Source of the DNA: Penicillus capitatus
Lineage: Eukaryota > Plantae > Chlorophyta
Assembly: GCA_965649825.1 (NCBI GenBank)
Contig: OZ287705.1
Span: 569,978-633,977 of the forward strand
Direction: 5' to 3'
Length of the DNA stretch: 64,000 nucleotides
Positions 1 through 10,973 of the stretch are shown in pieces. Position 1 is the first letter of the stretch. Each line of letters opens with the position of its first letter. The position numbers were made by a program, and so were the translations under genes. The notes under the pieces are model-generated. The model worked only from the letters and a program-made list of their open reading frames with translations. It ran no database searches and was not told the DNA's origin.

Positions 1-297
1 GAGATCCTGTCCGTTCAGACGGAGCTCTACGCCCTCGGCGCGTTCTTCTCGAATCAAGGTCCGGCAGAGCAGATCAGCGATCGACGTTATCGACCGAGGT
101 GTGGGGCAGGAAACCGAAAGGCGGCGGTGATGATGTACGTCCTCCATCAGCTCTGTGCACACGAGGTGCCCGAAATCGCCGACGGACTGGACGGTCTTTA
201 TCGAGAGGCCTTTGTCAAGATCGGCGCGATGATCGAAGACAGCGGCTGGGAACTGACCCGCGAGGGTCAGGAAGAGACGGATGCTGCCGAGACGTAA
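1..297 (+). CDS. 3' end of a spliced gene of unknown product (partial at window edge)
   Basis: Frame from base 1 (EILSVQTELYALGAFFSNQ), a ~50-bp GT-AG intron, then GNRKAAVMMYVLHQLC...DAAET-TAA(295-297). Family not recognised. Confidence 0.6.
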   Translation, partial: EILSVQTELYALGAFFSNQGPAEQISDRRYRPRCGAGNRKAAVMMYVLHQLCAHEVPEIADGLDGLYREAFVKIGAMIEDSGWELTREGQEETDAAET

Positions 298-400
298 ACA
301 TCGTACGCGTAATCAACGCATCGTCGTTAATTTGCCCATCGCCTTCCATCGCGTCGTCGGCGTCGAAGTCGATCGTATCGCGCGGTCCGTTTCCTGTTCG

Positions 401-825
401 ATGAATGTCCCATTGGATGCCACGGCGGCGCTGCCCGAGGAGCAGAAACAGGCGCTGCTACAGTCGATCGAAAAAACGCAACTGCGCGACAGGTCACACC
501 CTCACGCCGCTCTCTCTCGTCCAACGCCGCACCGATCTCTGCAGCATGCGACTGTACAACAGCCTCGTCGAGCGCTGCTTCAATCGCTGCATCGAGTCGT
601 TCCGCAGCAAGACGATGGACAACGCCGAAGAGAAGGTCACACACGCCCTTCCCCAGCGCAGCGTGCAAAAGAGTGAGATGATGTGACGTTTAGTGCGTGC
701 GCAACTGCTGCGGGAAGTTCTTGGCGCACTCCAGTCGTATCGGCATGCGCTTTGCTGAGCTCAGCGCCGAAATGGAGAAGCAACAGATGGAGCAATTAAT
801 GAAAATGCAACAAGACAAGGCATAG
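401..825 (+). CDS. TIM9: Mitochondrial intermembrane-space small Tim chaperone Tim9
   Basis: Three exons splice to MNVPLD...QLRDSMRLYNSLVERCFNRCIESFRSKTMDNAEEKCVRNCCGKFLAHSSRIGMRFAEL...-TAG. Twin CX3C motif, and the MRxYNSLVERCF / GMRFAEL segments are typical of plant Tim9. Confidence 0.9.
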
Positions 826-847
826 AGCCAATCTTTAAGCGGATACG

Positions 848-2673
848 ATGGCGAACGCCAATGGACATTTGCGTTCGTTTCGATTTGATGGCGTCTCGGG
901 CAGTGCTCTCTTTGAAGACGCGGCGCGTCTCGTTTCGCGTAAGCCCCTCGCGAAGCGGTCGGCAACGAGGGTCGAGCTCTAGGCGAGCCATGCAACGTCG
1001 ATGTCTTTATCGAAGTGACGCATGGGGCCGGAACGGCGACGGTCGTGCAGAAAGGCACCGACACGATGCTCTTTCGTGCACCGCTTTCACCCTCCTCGGT
1101 TATGACCTCCGTTTCCCTCAAAGGACGATGGAGACATCTGTGAGCACAGGTCTTCCGGCTCATGCCTCGGAAGTTTCTGCTGAAAGGGGGAGAAGGGGAC
1201 AGGGCGTTCTGCCTCAGTTATCCCTCCGAGATCGAGGCCAATCGATTCCACGCCACGTTGCAGAACGCCTTGACACCATCGGAAGTTGGGTGCCCTCCCC
1301 TGTCGGATGGAGGTCCATAACGGCCTGCGGCGTGGTATCAGGAAAACGGGGAGAGTTGGTTCGATCGCAAGACAGAGAAATCGAGCTCCGAACTCTACTT
1401 TCATTACTATGGCACTCTACAGCACCAGCAGAACATGTTGCAGGACTGCGTACGGACTGGCACCTATTACATGGCGTTTGTTCGCAATACCGTTGACTTT
1501 CATGGAAAAGTGGTGATGGATGTGGGCGCCGGCAGCGGGATGCTCTCACTCTTTGCCGCCCAGGTGGATGCTTTCCTGCTGTCTGTCATCTCACTCTTTT
1601 GCAGGCAGGTGCGCGGAAGGTCTATGCGGTCGAGGCCTCTCCAATGGCACAGTATGCACAACTGCTCTCCGAGAGGAATCCGATTCCTGGGTGCACCGTC
1701 GAAGTGGTGGAGAAAAAGGTGGAGGAGCTGCAGATGGATGAGAAAGTCGATGTGCTGATCTCCGAGCCCATCGGGACGCTCCTTGTCAACGAACGCATGC
1801 TGGAGACATACATCTACGCCAGAGATCACTTCCTGAAGCCAGGCGGAAAGATGTTTCCAGTACGCGCCGCCGCCGCCATTTCGCATCGCCTAACCGTAGC
1901 TGTTTGTTAAGACCATCGGTCGCATCCACTTGGCGCTCTTCTCCGACGACGCGCTGTATCAGGAGCTGCTGTCCAAGGCGACGTTCTGGCTGCAGCAGGG
2001 ATTCTATGGCGTCGATCTGACGTCGCTGCACGAGGAGGCACAGAAACAGTACTTTAGTCAAGTCATTTCCCCTGTCCTTGTCGCATCGATGGCGAGATGG
2101 GGATGAAGGTGGTCGTCGATGCGTTCGATCCGTCCTTGTTGGTCTCCAATACCAACATCCACGTGATGGATTTCTCCACGATGGCTGAGGAGGAGCTCTA
2201 CGACGTGCACATTCCTCTGCAATTCGATCTCGGTAGATTTCGCGTCGTCTGTGCGATGCACGGCGTCTTCTGCTGTAGGGCGGCCGTGTATGGTACACGG
2301 ATTGGGATGCTGGTTTGATATCTTCTTCAGTGGCAGTACCAGAGGGGAATGGCTGACGACGGCACCTGGATGCGCCACGACCCATTGGTTCCAGCTGCGT
2401 TGCGTCCTGCCTCAGCCTCTCTGCGCCGTCAGTGGCAGTCACGTCGTTGGCAGTCTACGGTTAAGAGCGCATTCAAAGCAGAGCTATCTCCTGGACCTAT
2501 CCTTGGAGATGACGCCGCCAGCCGACGGCGTTCCGGGCAACAAGATCCAATTTACGTACGATCTCAAGGAGCCCTACTATCGACAGCTCATTAACTACTG
2601 GCAGACGCAAATACCGCCGCCACCTGCCCCGCACGCATCGGACGGGATCTACCCCGATCGATCCAGCTATTAA
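848..2673 (+). CDS. PRMT4: Protein arginine methyltransferase 4 (CARM1)
   Basis: Spliced YFHYYGTLQHQQNMLQDCVRTGTY, VMDVGAGSGMLSLFAAQ|AGARKVYAVEAS, LISEPIGTLLVNERMLETY, THWFQLRCVL and DLKEPYYRQL are CARM1-specific motifs. ATG 848 is the start that splices in frame; stop TAA 2671-2673. Confidence 0.92.
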
Positions 2674-2817
2674 CACAGCCGCCATCCACGTCCAAGGTGA
2701 ATTTTTCTTGTGGTGTGAGAAAGAGTGAGAGAGACATCTTCAAACAGCCACCATAAGTGTTGGTATCTGCATCGTCTGTGCTGTCCCGCTGCCGCTGTCC
2801 TTTTTGCGCTGCTGTGA

Positions 2818-3641
2818 TTAGGACGCCTCTTGTGAATCTGTGTCGTCGGACGTTTCTGTTCCGCTTCCCTCCGCTTCAGACGTCAGGATCGGTGACTGGT
2901 CAAGGAAAGACTCTTGTAATACTTCCCATTCTTCTCCTGCGACCTCCTCCTACATCCACACCCCCTTCACCCCCACGCACCAGCCACCATCACGACCTCT
3001 GTTTCGCTAGACCCAGCGATGTGCTGTTCTGACGACTTCGCCGCCGCCGCCGCCACGGCCTCTTTGTTATCGACCTGGCGCTGCTTGTGGATGCGAGACA
3101 CGTTGTTCAGAATCTGAACGACGCCTCTGGATGATACAGCATCGGATTCGTGCCTTGTGAGGCAGCGGATTACTTCGTGGCCAAACGCAGGAGCTTCTTC
3201 TCTCGGGCATCGTGCGCTGGATCCTGACCCAATGGCGGCACCTCCTGGATCACAGCACACAGATCATCAACCGTAGCGATGTCATCACCCGCCGCACGCA
3301 AATTCCTCCACGTTTTCGCTTCTCCCTCTGGCGGCGCTGCTGCAGAGTCATAGACATCACACTGCCTGTCCCATCATCCTTCTTCGCAATGGGTGTCTAG
3401 ATGACGAGATCGAGCAGATATCGCCACGAATGGCGGCTGGGATGAACGCACGCACTTTGGCGGCGCGCGTGGCCATAAGTCTACCGAACGCAGCGTGCAG
3501 CTCCCGTCCTTTCTTCCGCAACATCAACGGGTTTCCTCCCGTTCCTCCCTCGTCGACCTCGTGCCCTGCATCCAACCCTCACTCAGTCCAGCCGCCGCCT
3601 CGCACATCGGACAAGCGTCTTGCCGGACGGCCCTTCGACAT
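2818..3641 (-). CDS. RRP15: Ribosome biogenesis protein Rrp15-like
   Basis: Spliced VPPLGQDPAHDAREKKLLRLATK|GVVQILNNVSRIHKQ resembles the Rrp15 EKKLxxxATKGVVQLFNAV core. Upstream LHAAFGRLMA and an acidic last exon (WEVLQESF...SQEAS-TAA) fit. Some internal splice sites are uncertain. Confidence 0.7.
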
Positions 3642-3762
3642 CCGAAGCGAGCGCCTCCCCCGACGGGGTCGTTTCATTGGACATAATGCGTGCATCATCT
3701 CCAACGCACGACTCTTTGTCATTTCGCCTCTCTTCTGCGTTTTCTCCATTTGTGGACGCAAG

Positions 3763-4116
3763 ATGTGCAACGCCACCTGTAAGGCTTCCCCCAACGAGGC
3801 TCTGCAGAACGACGTATCCGTAGGTGGGACGTTCTGTCTGCTGACCTCGATCTTCGGTATCGCCTTCCTCAGCATCCTCGCCGTCCTTATCAAACAAGAC
3901 TACAAGTAACCCTCCTCACGCTCGCCCCCCCCTATCACCCCTGTCCTTTGCAGATACGTGGGCGAGTGGTACGATAGAGATGACACGGAGGACGGACTGC
4001 CGACCGATGATATGAAAGACAATGCCTCGGACGTGCTCTTCGCCACAGCGGGTGTCTACGGCATCTTCGCGGTGCTCTCTGTCGGCTGCATTCTGACGGG
4101 GTCGAAGCGCAAGTGA
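3763..4116 (+). CDS. Small two-TM protein, RNASEK / V-ATPase subunit f-like
   Basis: Three exons: MCNATC|GTFCLLTSIFGIAFLSILAVLIKQDYK|YVGEWYD...NASDVLFATAGVYGIFAVLSVGCILTGSKRK-TGA. A Cys-rich N-terminus and two hydrophobic helices match RNASEK-family topology. Confidence 0.55.
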
Positions 4117-4130
4117 TAGGTTATGGCACG

Positions 4131-5663
4131 TCACATCACGATTCCTGTTTCTGTCTTAAACATCCAATACACTCTTGATCGGGCAATGTCTCTTTTGCCA
4201 AGTTTATTGGGTTTTCCTTCGTGTGTCCATTCCTCCCGGCGGACCCATGGGTCAGAAAGACAGCCGAGGACGACGCCACCTTTCCACAGCATCTGTTCCG
4301 ACGGCCCTTTGGGCTCGATCACTTCCACCGTATCGATCACTTCGTCCGGCGGCAGGGCAGAGAGAACACAGCGCTCGAGCATATCGGGCAGGCCTTTGAG
4401 GTGACTGCAGGGACCTACAACGAGGATCGAGGTGTAAAGCCGACGGCGGTGCTCGACATTCTCCGCCGCCGAGATGCTCCGAACGATAGCCTGATCGAGA
4501 GAGATCGCCAGGTAGCGAGCAGCGGGGGCAGTTTGCGACGATCCGGTGGTTTCGGGATCGGATAGGATCTCGGAATAGAACGCTTCGGAGACAGGTCTGG
4601 AGGATTCGGCTACAGAGACAGCGTGGGGGAGAAGCAGGGAAGGAAAGAACAGTCCCATCGGTGCCACACAGGCGGCGCCGCCAACGCTGATGTGACGGAT
4701 CTCACCCTCTCCTTGCCTCGATGAACGAAAGGACGCGCAAACGGACGCGGCGTTCTGAATCTGGTTTTCCAGAACGGCCTGTGTACATTCCTGCGGTAGA
4801 AAGCAGGCGGCATCGCGGAGGGCGGCCAGCTGACAGCGATCATAGGGATGCAGTTCTGGGCAAAACGCCGATGGCATTGCATCCTGTGTCATCCAGTGAA
4901 GGGCCTGACTGATGTGACGTCCGCCAAAAGGCAGGACGTGGAGGGAATCGGGCATCAGCACGCCATCTTCGATACAGCTCACAGTCACCGCTCCTTCATC
5001 CATATGCACAATACAGCCGCCACTGGTGCCCTGACCAAAGGCGGCGGCTGTGGAGTTCGAATGCACGACGACCTCTTTGAAGGCCATATCGACGAAGAGC
5101 ACATCCAGCATCACTTCGATATCGCCCAGTGCGAAATCGTCCGGTACCAACAGAACGACGCCGATGCTGCGCAAATCAGCCGCCTTGAGATGCAGACATG
5201 ATGTGACAGCCGCCAACCAGATGTGCTCGAGATCCGTTCGAAGCTGCGGGGCGGAACGGCGGCGGTCCAAGCCGCCAATGCCAAAGGGATAGACGATATC
5301 GTAATCCTCCACCGAGATGCTTCGCAGCGCCTCCTCTCCCGTCACATAACGACCACCGACCTCATCCGGCTGCATCACTGGATGGACTTCACGTCTCTTG
5401 ACGCTGCTTCGCTGCAGGCGCTCTTCTGATAGACCCAGTGCCGACAGCGCCTCACTATACGCCGCATTCCGCGCGCCGCCTTCCGCCGCCGTCAACCTCA
5501 CGGATGTCGCACATCTTCTGGACGTGACTCGGCGATAGGCCACCACGTTGGGGAAGGTAACGGGCGTCGGGTCGTTGCCGAAGCCAAAGATAACGCGTTC
5601 CGTCGCCGGTGCAAAGATCACAAAATCTCGGCCCTTCTGTTCTATGAGATCGACATTCGCCAT
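4131..5663 (-). CDS. ARP9: Nuclear actin-related protein (plant ARP9 / ARP8-type, INO80 complex)
   Basis: Uninterrupted ~510-aa ORF starting MANVDLIEQKGRDFVIFAP...PVTFPNVVAYR. Actin-fold motifs YDIVYP, GGCIVHMDEGAVTVSCIEDG, LPFGGRHI, SLDQAIVRSI and WKGGVVLG. Confidence 0.8.
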   Translation of the reverse strand: MANVDLIEQKGRDFVIFAPATERVIFGFGNDPTPVTFPNVVAYRRVTSRRCATSVRLTAAEGGARNAAYSEALSALGLSEERLQRSSVKRREVHPVMQPDEVGGRYVTGEEALRSISVEDYDIVYPFGIGGLDRRRSAPQLRTDLEHIWLAAVTSCLHLKAADLRSIGVVLLVPDDFALGDIEVMLDVLFVDMAFKEVVVHSNSTAAAFGQGTSGGCIVHMDEGAVTVSCIEDGVLMPDSLHVLPFGGRHISQALHWMTQDAMPSAFCPELHPYDRCQLAALRDAACFLPQECTQAVLENQIQNAASVCASFRSSRQGEGEIRHISVGGAACVAPMGLFFPSLLLPHAVSVAESSRPVSEAFYSEILSDPETTGSSQTAPAARYLAISLDQAIVRSISAAENVEHRRRLYTSILVVGPCSHLKGLPDMLERCVLSALPPDEVIDTVEVIEPKGPSEQMLWKGGVVLGCLSDPWVRREEWTHEGKPNKLGKRDIARSRVYWMFKTETGIVM

Positions 5664-5707
5664 TGCCACGGCATTGCTTCGACGCGTACGACACAATCGA
5701 CTAGGCA

Positions 5708-7297
5708 ATGTCGTCGCCCCACGAGGTCCAGCTGAATGGCGTCGATGTCTCTTCGAAGCCATGCCGCGTGACGGAAGTGGAACTCAACGGACTGCAGCGC
5801 ACCCAGGCGCATGTGATCGAACGCGAACTCGCCGCCGTGCATCGCGCCACGAATCTCACCGAACTCTACACGGCGCTCCAAGACGTGATCGCCAATTGGA
5901 CGCAACTCGACGTCTTCTCCTCCGTCGACGTCTCCATCACAGAAACGCAGCGCGTACGTGGGGTGCGTCCATCGGCGCGCGTGAGCGGGGTGTGATTAGG
6001 GAGAGCCAGACACCTGCCGTGTCGAGTTTCACTTTGTGGAAAAGACGTTTTGGACGTTGAAGGCCAAGTCGTTTGTGCAAGGAGCGGAGGCAGGGGTTGA
6101 GGGATGCCTAGGATTACGTAATCTGCGAGGCATGGGTGAGAGAGTGACGGTGTCGATGGAGTACGGATCGCATCGTCTTCGAGAATCGGGCGTCGAATAT
6201 GTGATGCCCAGAATCGGCGGCCATTCGTGCAATGTGGGTAGCACTGACCTCATGCTCGCTTCCTCACGCACCTGTCACATCACTTTTCATTCTGTCTAGC
6301 TCTATGCCAAGCTGTTCAACTTTGCCAAGACGAATTATCATTTCACGTCCTACGAGGAGCGGCTAAGGGGTCTGGCGCTGACACTAGCCAGGTGAGGATG
6401 GTTGGCGATCGTTGATGTGACAGGTGGATGGTTGTAGTCCAGATCGATCGCACGCGCTGAGTTATGAACTGGGATGGCACCAGCTGCTGGATGCGCATCG
6501 TCAGGCATCGCCTGCGATTCTCGAACGGTTAGGACACGAACTCAAATCCTCCATTCAATACCAAATCCTCTACGACCCCCGCGAGGCGCGTCAGCTCTCC
6601 ACTGGCGGCGCCGTCCGTTGGATGACGCAATTGAATGGACTACTGCCCCACGGGTCCGTTGCTAGGACGGTTAAGAATCGTCTGGATGTGCAGCTATCGT
6701 GGAAATGGCTCCCGTGGAGTTCGCTGTCCATCGGCGCCGCCGCCGGACTGGTGATGCCTTTGACGCGCGCCTTCCGAACGACCCAGACATCCATCGCCGA
6801 GCGCTTCCACCTTGGCGGCGTCGACTCCCTCAAGGGATTCCATACCTACTGCCTCGGTCCCTCTATGCCTTGCCGTTCCGCCCACAACGCCACGCCACTG
6901 AAGAGAGCGCGTGATTATCTCGGCGGCGATGCCATGGCCTCCGCCTACGTTTCGGTGAGCACCGTGCTTCGAGGGGACCTCGCTTAACGATCGCCCCCGT
7001 GTTCAGTTGAACCTGTTTCAGCGCAGTGTCCCACGCGATCGGATGGGGATCTATGCTCGCGTGTTTGGAGATGTGGGCAACGTGGCGACGCTGTCGTCTT
7101 TGACGAGTGGTCCTCTCGGAGAGAATCTCAAACGGTTTGCCGAAGAGCATCGAGCATCGATCGGTGCCGGTATCGTTCTGCCAACGCCGCTGGGAAATTT
7201 TGAACTGAATTACGTTCTGCCGATGAGATTCGGCAAGAACGATAACGTCCGGTCCGGATTGCAGATGTCTTTTGGCACCGAGCCCTTCACAGCCTGA
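5708..7297 (+). CDS. SAM50: Sam50 (Omp85-family) mitochondrial outer-membrane beta-barrel assembly protein
   Basis: POTRA-like N-terminus (VELNGLQRTQAHVIEREL), GCLGLRNLRGMGE, ERFHLGGVDSLKGF, DYLGGD and a C-terminal ASIGAGIVLPTPLGNFELNY...GLQMSFG. Several short introns. Confidence 0.88.
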
Positions 7298-7441
7298 CAA
7301 ACAGACACATTCTTAAGCATCCATCCCACTCCGCCGCCACTTATTCCTAACCGTCACCTCTGCGGACGATCCCGATGCGCGACGCCTCGCGTGACCAGCG
7401 CGTTCTCGGATAGGGTGAGACGCTTCGTGTGTTTGCCTGCA

Positions 7442-9917
7442 ATGGATCGCGTGTCCTGTGTGGGATGCTTGGAGGAGGGTGCATCGTGGGTACGGTTGTG
7501 CGTTTTGCCGGCGATGATGGTTAGGGTATTCGGTTTTGGCGCAGAACGACGATGAGAGCGAGCTGCTCAGTGTGCTCTCCGAACTCTGCCCGGATCTCAT
7601 CGTCGAGACACTGATACTGACGCTCGATCCGTGCGACGAAGAGCCGAAGCGCAATGCGTCGATCGCGTGCGACGCATCGACCGATACCTTCACGTGGGAC
7701 CACGTGCGACAGGCGGACGCCCTTGACTTAGGCACTCGCTTTACGCCCTCTTCTGGTCGCGTTCGACTTCGTGCCGCACTCAGGCGACGGCGCGTCGATT
7801 GACTGGTCCAGCCTCCGAGGGATGCTGCCGCTGGAAGGCGATGTGGGAAATGACGTCGCTTGGCCAAAGGAGCTGACGATTCACACAGGAGGACGGTTGT
7901 TCCTCTGCCTCTTCGCCCGACGCGAGAAGACAACGGCATACGACGTCGCCGTTCTCAAGTGCGGACAGAATCGCTCAGAGATGCAGGCCGAGCACTTCGC
8001 TAACGAACTGGCACGATACGTGAAGATTGCCACCCCGCGATCACACCTCATCCGAAAACAGGTTCCGCCGCCTTTGGCATCTCACAGCCGCCACACATGA
8101 CGCGCCAAGGCGGGTGACGCATGGAAGGCTGCCCACGATGCCATCTCTGCCCTGGGGACGACGGTCGCCATCGAAGCTATCCACTGTATGGACGATCTTC
8201 TCTGCTTTCTCGTTATGGAGTACGTCGAAGAGACGTCCCGTCTTTCGTCGAGAACGGCAAGCACGAGGAGCTTTGCGCCGTTCCGTTAAGTGTCGGCCGT
8301 TGTAGGATGATGGGCAGGTGTGTGCGGATTTTGGCAAGGTGTTGGCATTGGATATGCTTCTGGGCAACGCCGATCGATTGCCCTGTGCGGATCTTAACTG
8401 GCGTGGCAATTCAAGGAACGTCCTTTTCGGATCGATTCGATCGAAGCATCCCAGTCGACTCGTTGCAATCGATTCGCGCTTTTCGCGCCAGCCGCCATCG
8501 TTCCAAGTCCTTCACGAGAATGCCACGCTGCAACGCGTGGCCGAGCTGATGCTCAACGACGACGAGACGGGCAGGGCAATGCTCAGTGTCCTTCAGTCCT
8601 TGTGGCCAGTGTTCGCATCTGAGACGTCGTCGGCCGATAGGGAATGCGCCGTGCAGTTTCGGCAAGGATTCCGGCAGGCGATTTCCCAGCTACTGTCTCT
8701 GAAGGTCGGTCCAACGCCTTTCCGTAACCGTCGCTTCTGAACTGGTGTGGTTTCGCAAGGGACTCCTCGAAATGATGCTCGCCGAGATCTCTGCCACCCT
8801 CCGGCAGTTCATTCAGGATCTGGAACGGGAGTCGCCGTCGTACGGAGCCCGCGCACAAGGACAGACGTTTTCAACCATCCTCTCCGAACAGTCGCTGCCC
8901 CCATCGCTCCTCGCCAAGAAGGCCACGCCGGAGAAGATCAAGATTATCATCAAGAGATCGAAACAGAACGAAACCGTTTATCAAAAACTGCAGTACTGGA
9001 AGGATGTGATGCAACAGAAAGGCAATCCATCGATTCTCTCGGTGGCACAGACGGTCTGTTCTGAACAGGCAGGGCGTTGAAGAGCGCCGTCGAGAACTGG
9101 CAGCAGAGACACGGTGTGGCGTCCAGTTGTCTGATGGCCGGTTTCCTTGACGGAACCCATCCAGTGGCCGATACCCACGAAACGAAACAGCGCCTGGAGC
9201 ATATGCTGCGTCGTCTGCGTCTCCTGGAGAGCGCCTACCAGACGGAGAGACCCTCTCGGATTCTCCAGCACCTCTATCTGGGCAGCGCCCTGTCGGCTCA
9301 GAGTCGTCATACACTGAGACGCCGTGGCATCACAGATGCGATCAATACGACTACGGTGGGGCGTAGAGACTGCATTCCACTAGTGAGAGAGGGGGTTTGT
9401 GTAGGAGGTGGAGATGGTTATCGGTGGCGAGGAATTCCGATGCAGTAGGATTCCGTTGGCGGATGGCGATGCAGAGAATCTTGCCTGTTTGTTGACGACG
9501 GTGTTCGATTTGATCGAGGGCGTGCGAGAGAAGGGCGGTGTTGTCTTGGTGCACTGCTTCGAAGGAAGATCCAGATCGGCGGCGCTCGTTATCGGTTACG
9601 TCATGCAGTATCGCAGTCTCTCCCTCAGAAACGCCCTGGTCAGGCACCGAACGCCGCTTAGAGGACGATGGGCTGATGTCTGCTTTCTCTAGGCGTTGGT
9701 CAAATCACAGCATGTGAAGACTCGACCGTGTGCGGCCTTTCTCAGAGCGCTGTCGGAACACGAGAGGCGTCTCTTTGGCTCGTCATCTGTTCCGTATGTC
9801 GAAGATCTGAGGCCTGCTGTCAAACGCTGTCCCCTTTGCGGCACGGAGACGGGAGTTTCGGAGAAGAGCTTGGAAGTCCACTTGCAGTTTAAACACAAAT
9901 CTGCAATGGAGAAATGA
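7442..9917 (+). CDS. PHS1: PHS1-like atypical (actin-fragmin-type) kinase plus dual-specificity phosphatase
   Basis: Kinase part: HTGGRLFLCLF, EHFANELARY, GKVLALDMLLGNADRLPCADLNWRGNSRN, LVAIDS. Phosphatase part: ILQHLYLGSALSA and VLVHCFEGRSRSAALVIGYVM. The start codon is inferred. Confidence 0.8.
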
Positions 9918-10854
9918 TCTGCGCTGTACAGACATGCACTCATGTTCGCAGAACAGATTATTCAAAGCCTGTAAAACTGAGTTCAATCGGCCACGGTGCT
10001 AAGTGATACACCTAGACACATGTTTGTGCTTTCGTGGAATGGATACAAACGAATAGAGCCAGTCGATGCGATAAGAAAACGAAAGACGTCAATAGACGTC
10101 ACATAAGCAATCTTTCATGCGGATCGAGGTTACCTGTATGTGCTTTGTCGATGTAGCTACGGGATGGCATCTCTTTCTCCGTGTTCATGTCGGTCGCGGC
10201 TCATTCGTGGACAGTGAGTGGTACATTGTTCTACGTGGGCTCAAGGTGATCAGATACCAGAGATCACATTCCTGCTCCCATGGACGAGACCTTCGATAAA
10301 CGCAACAAACAAGTATCAGCCGAGGAATCAGGAAACTATCATGCAACCGAATACATCACCTGCTTGAAAGCGCACAATGACCACGATGTTGGAGGATGGA
10401 TGCCTGGCATTCATCAGGTTAGACTGGACGATTGCTTTATTGTGGACTGACCTCAGCGTTTGGTCGACGATTCGCCACAGACGCATTAGGGTATGCGTGT
10501 ATTTCCAGTGTCTGTAGAGGAACCCAGACCGCAAACAACTATTAGCGCTTCCAGTTGCACTGACGCACTGTTGGGTGCTGTACTGCGCGGTCAGCGATCC
10601 TTTGACAGTGACCATTTGTACATCGACAGCATCGAAGAATCTGCGTGGCAGAAAACGGCAGGCGACAAACAGAAGAAGGACTGGACGCGACTCGGACGTC
10701 CGCATTGCAAAGCGTGTCCGTTACGGTACCACTACGCTCTGACGAATGGAGTCTCTCCATCCTCTTTGCAGAGCACTTGGTACTCTTGCCGTCTCAGAAG
10801 AAAGGTAACCGACTACGGAGGGCAGCTGCATGGGAAAGGATGGCGCAGAACCGC

Positions 10855-10897
10855 CGGAGGAATAAAGTCCGCCCGTCACGGCGATTCTTCATTCGCG
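10855..10897 (+). promoter_or_regulatory. Putative core promoter of ankyrin gene A1 (TATA-like AATAAAG plus Inr-like TCATTC)
   Basis: AATAAA at 10861 and the A of TTCATTC at 10891 are 30 bp apart. The same motif and spacing occur upstream of A2, A6 and A8. Confidence 0.55.
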
Positions 10898-10973
10898 CGT
10901 TTCGGGTTCGACAAACACACAAACTGTTTGTCGACGTTTACGAATAAGAGCAGGCCGTGTTATCGAAGAAAGC

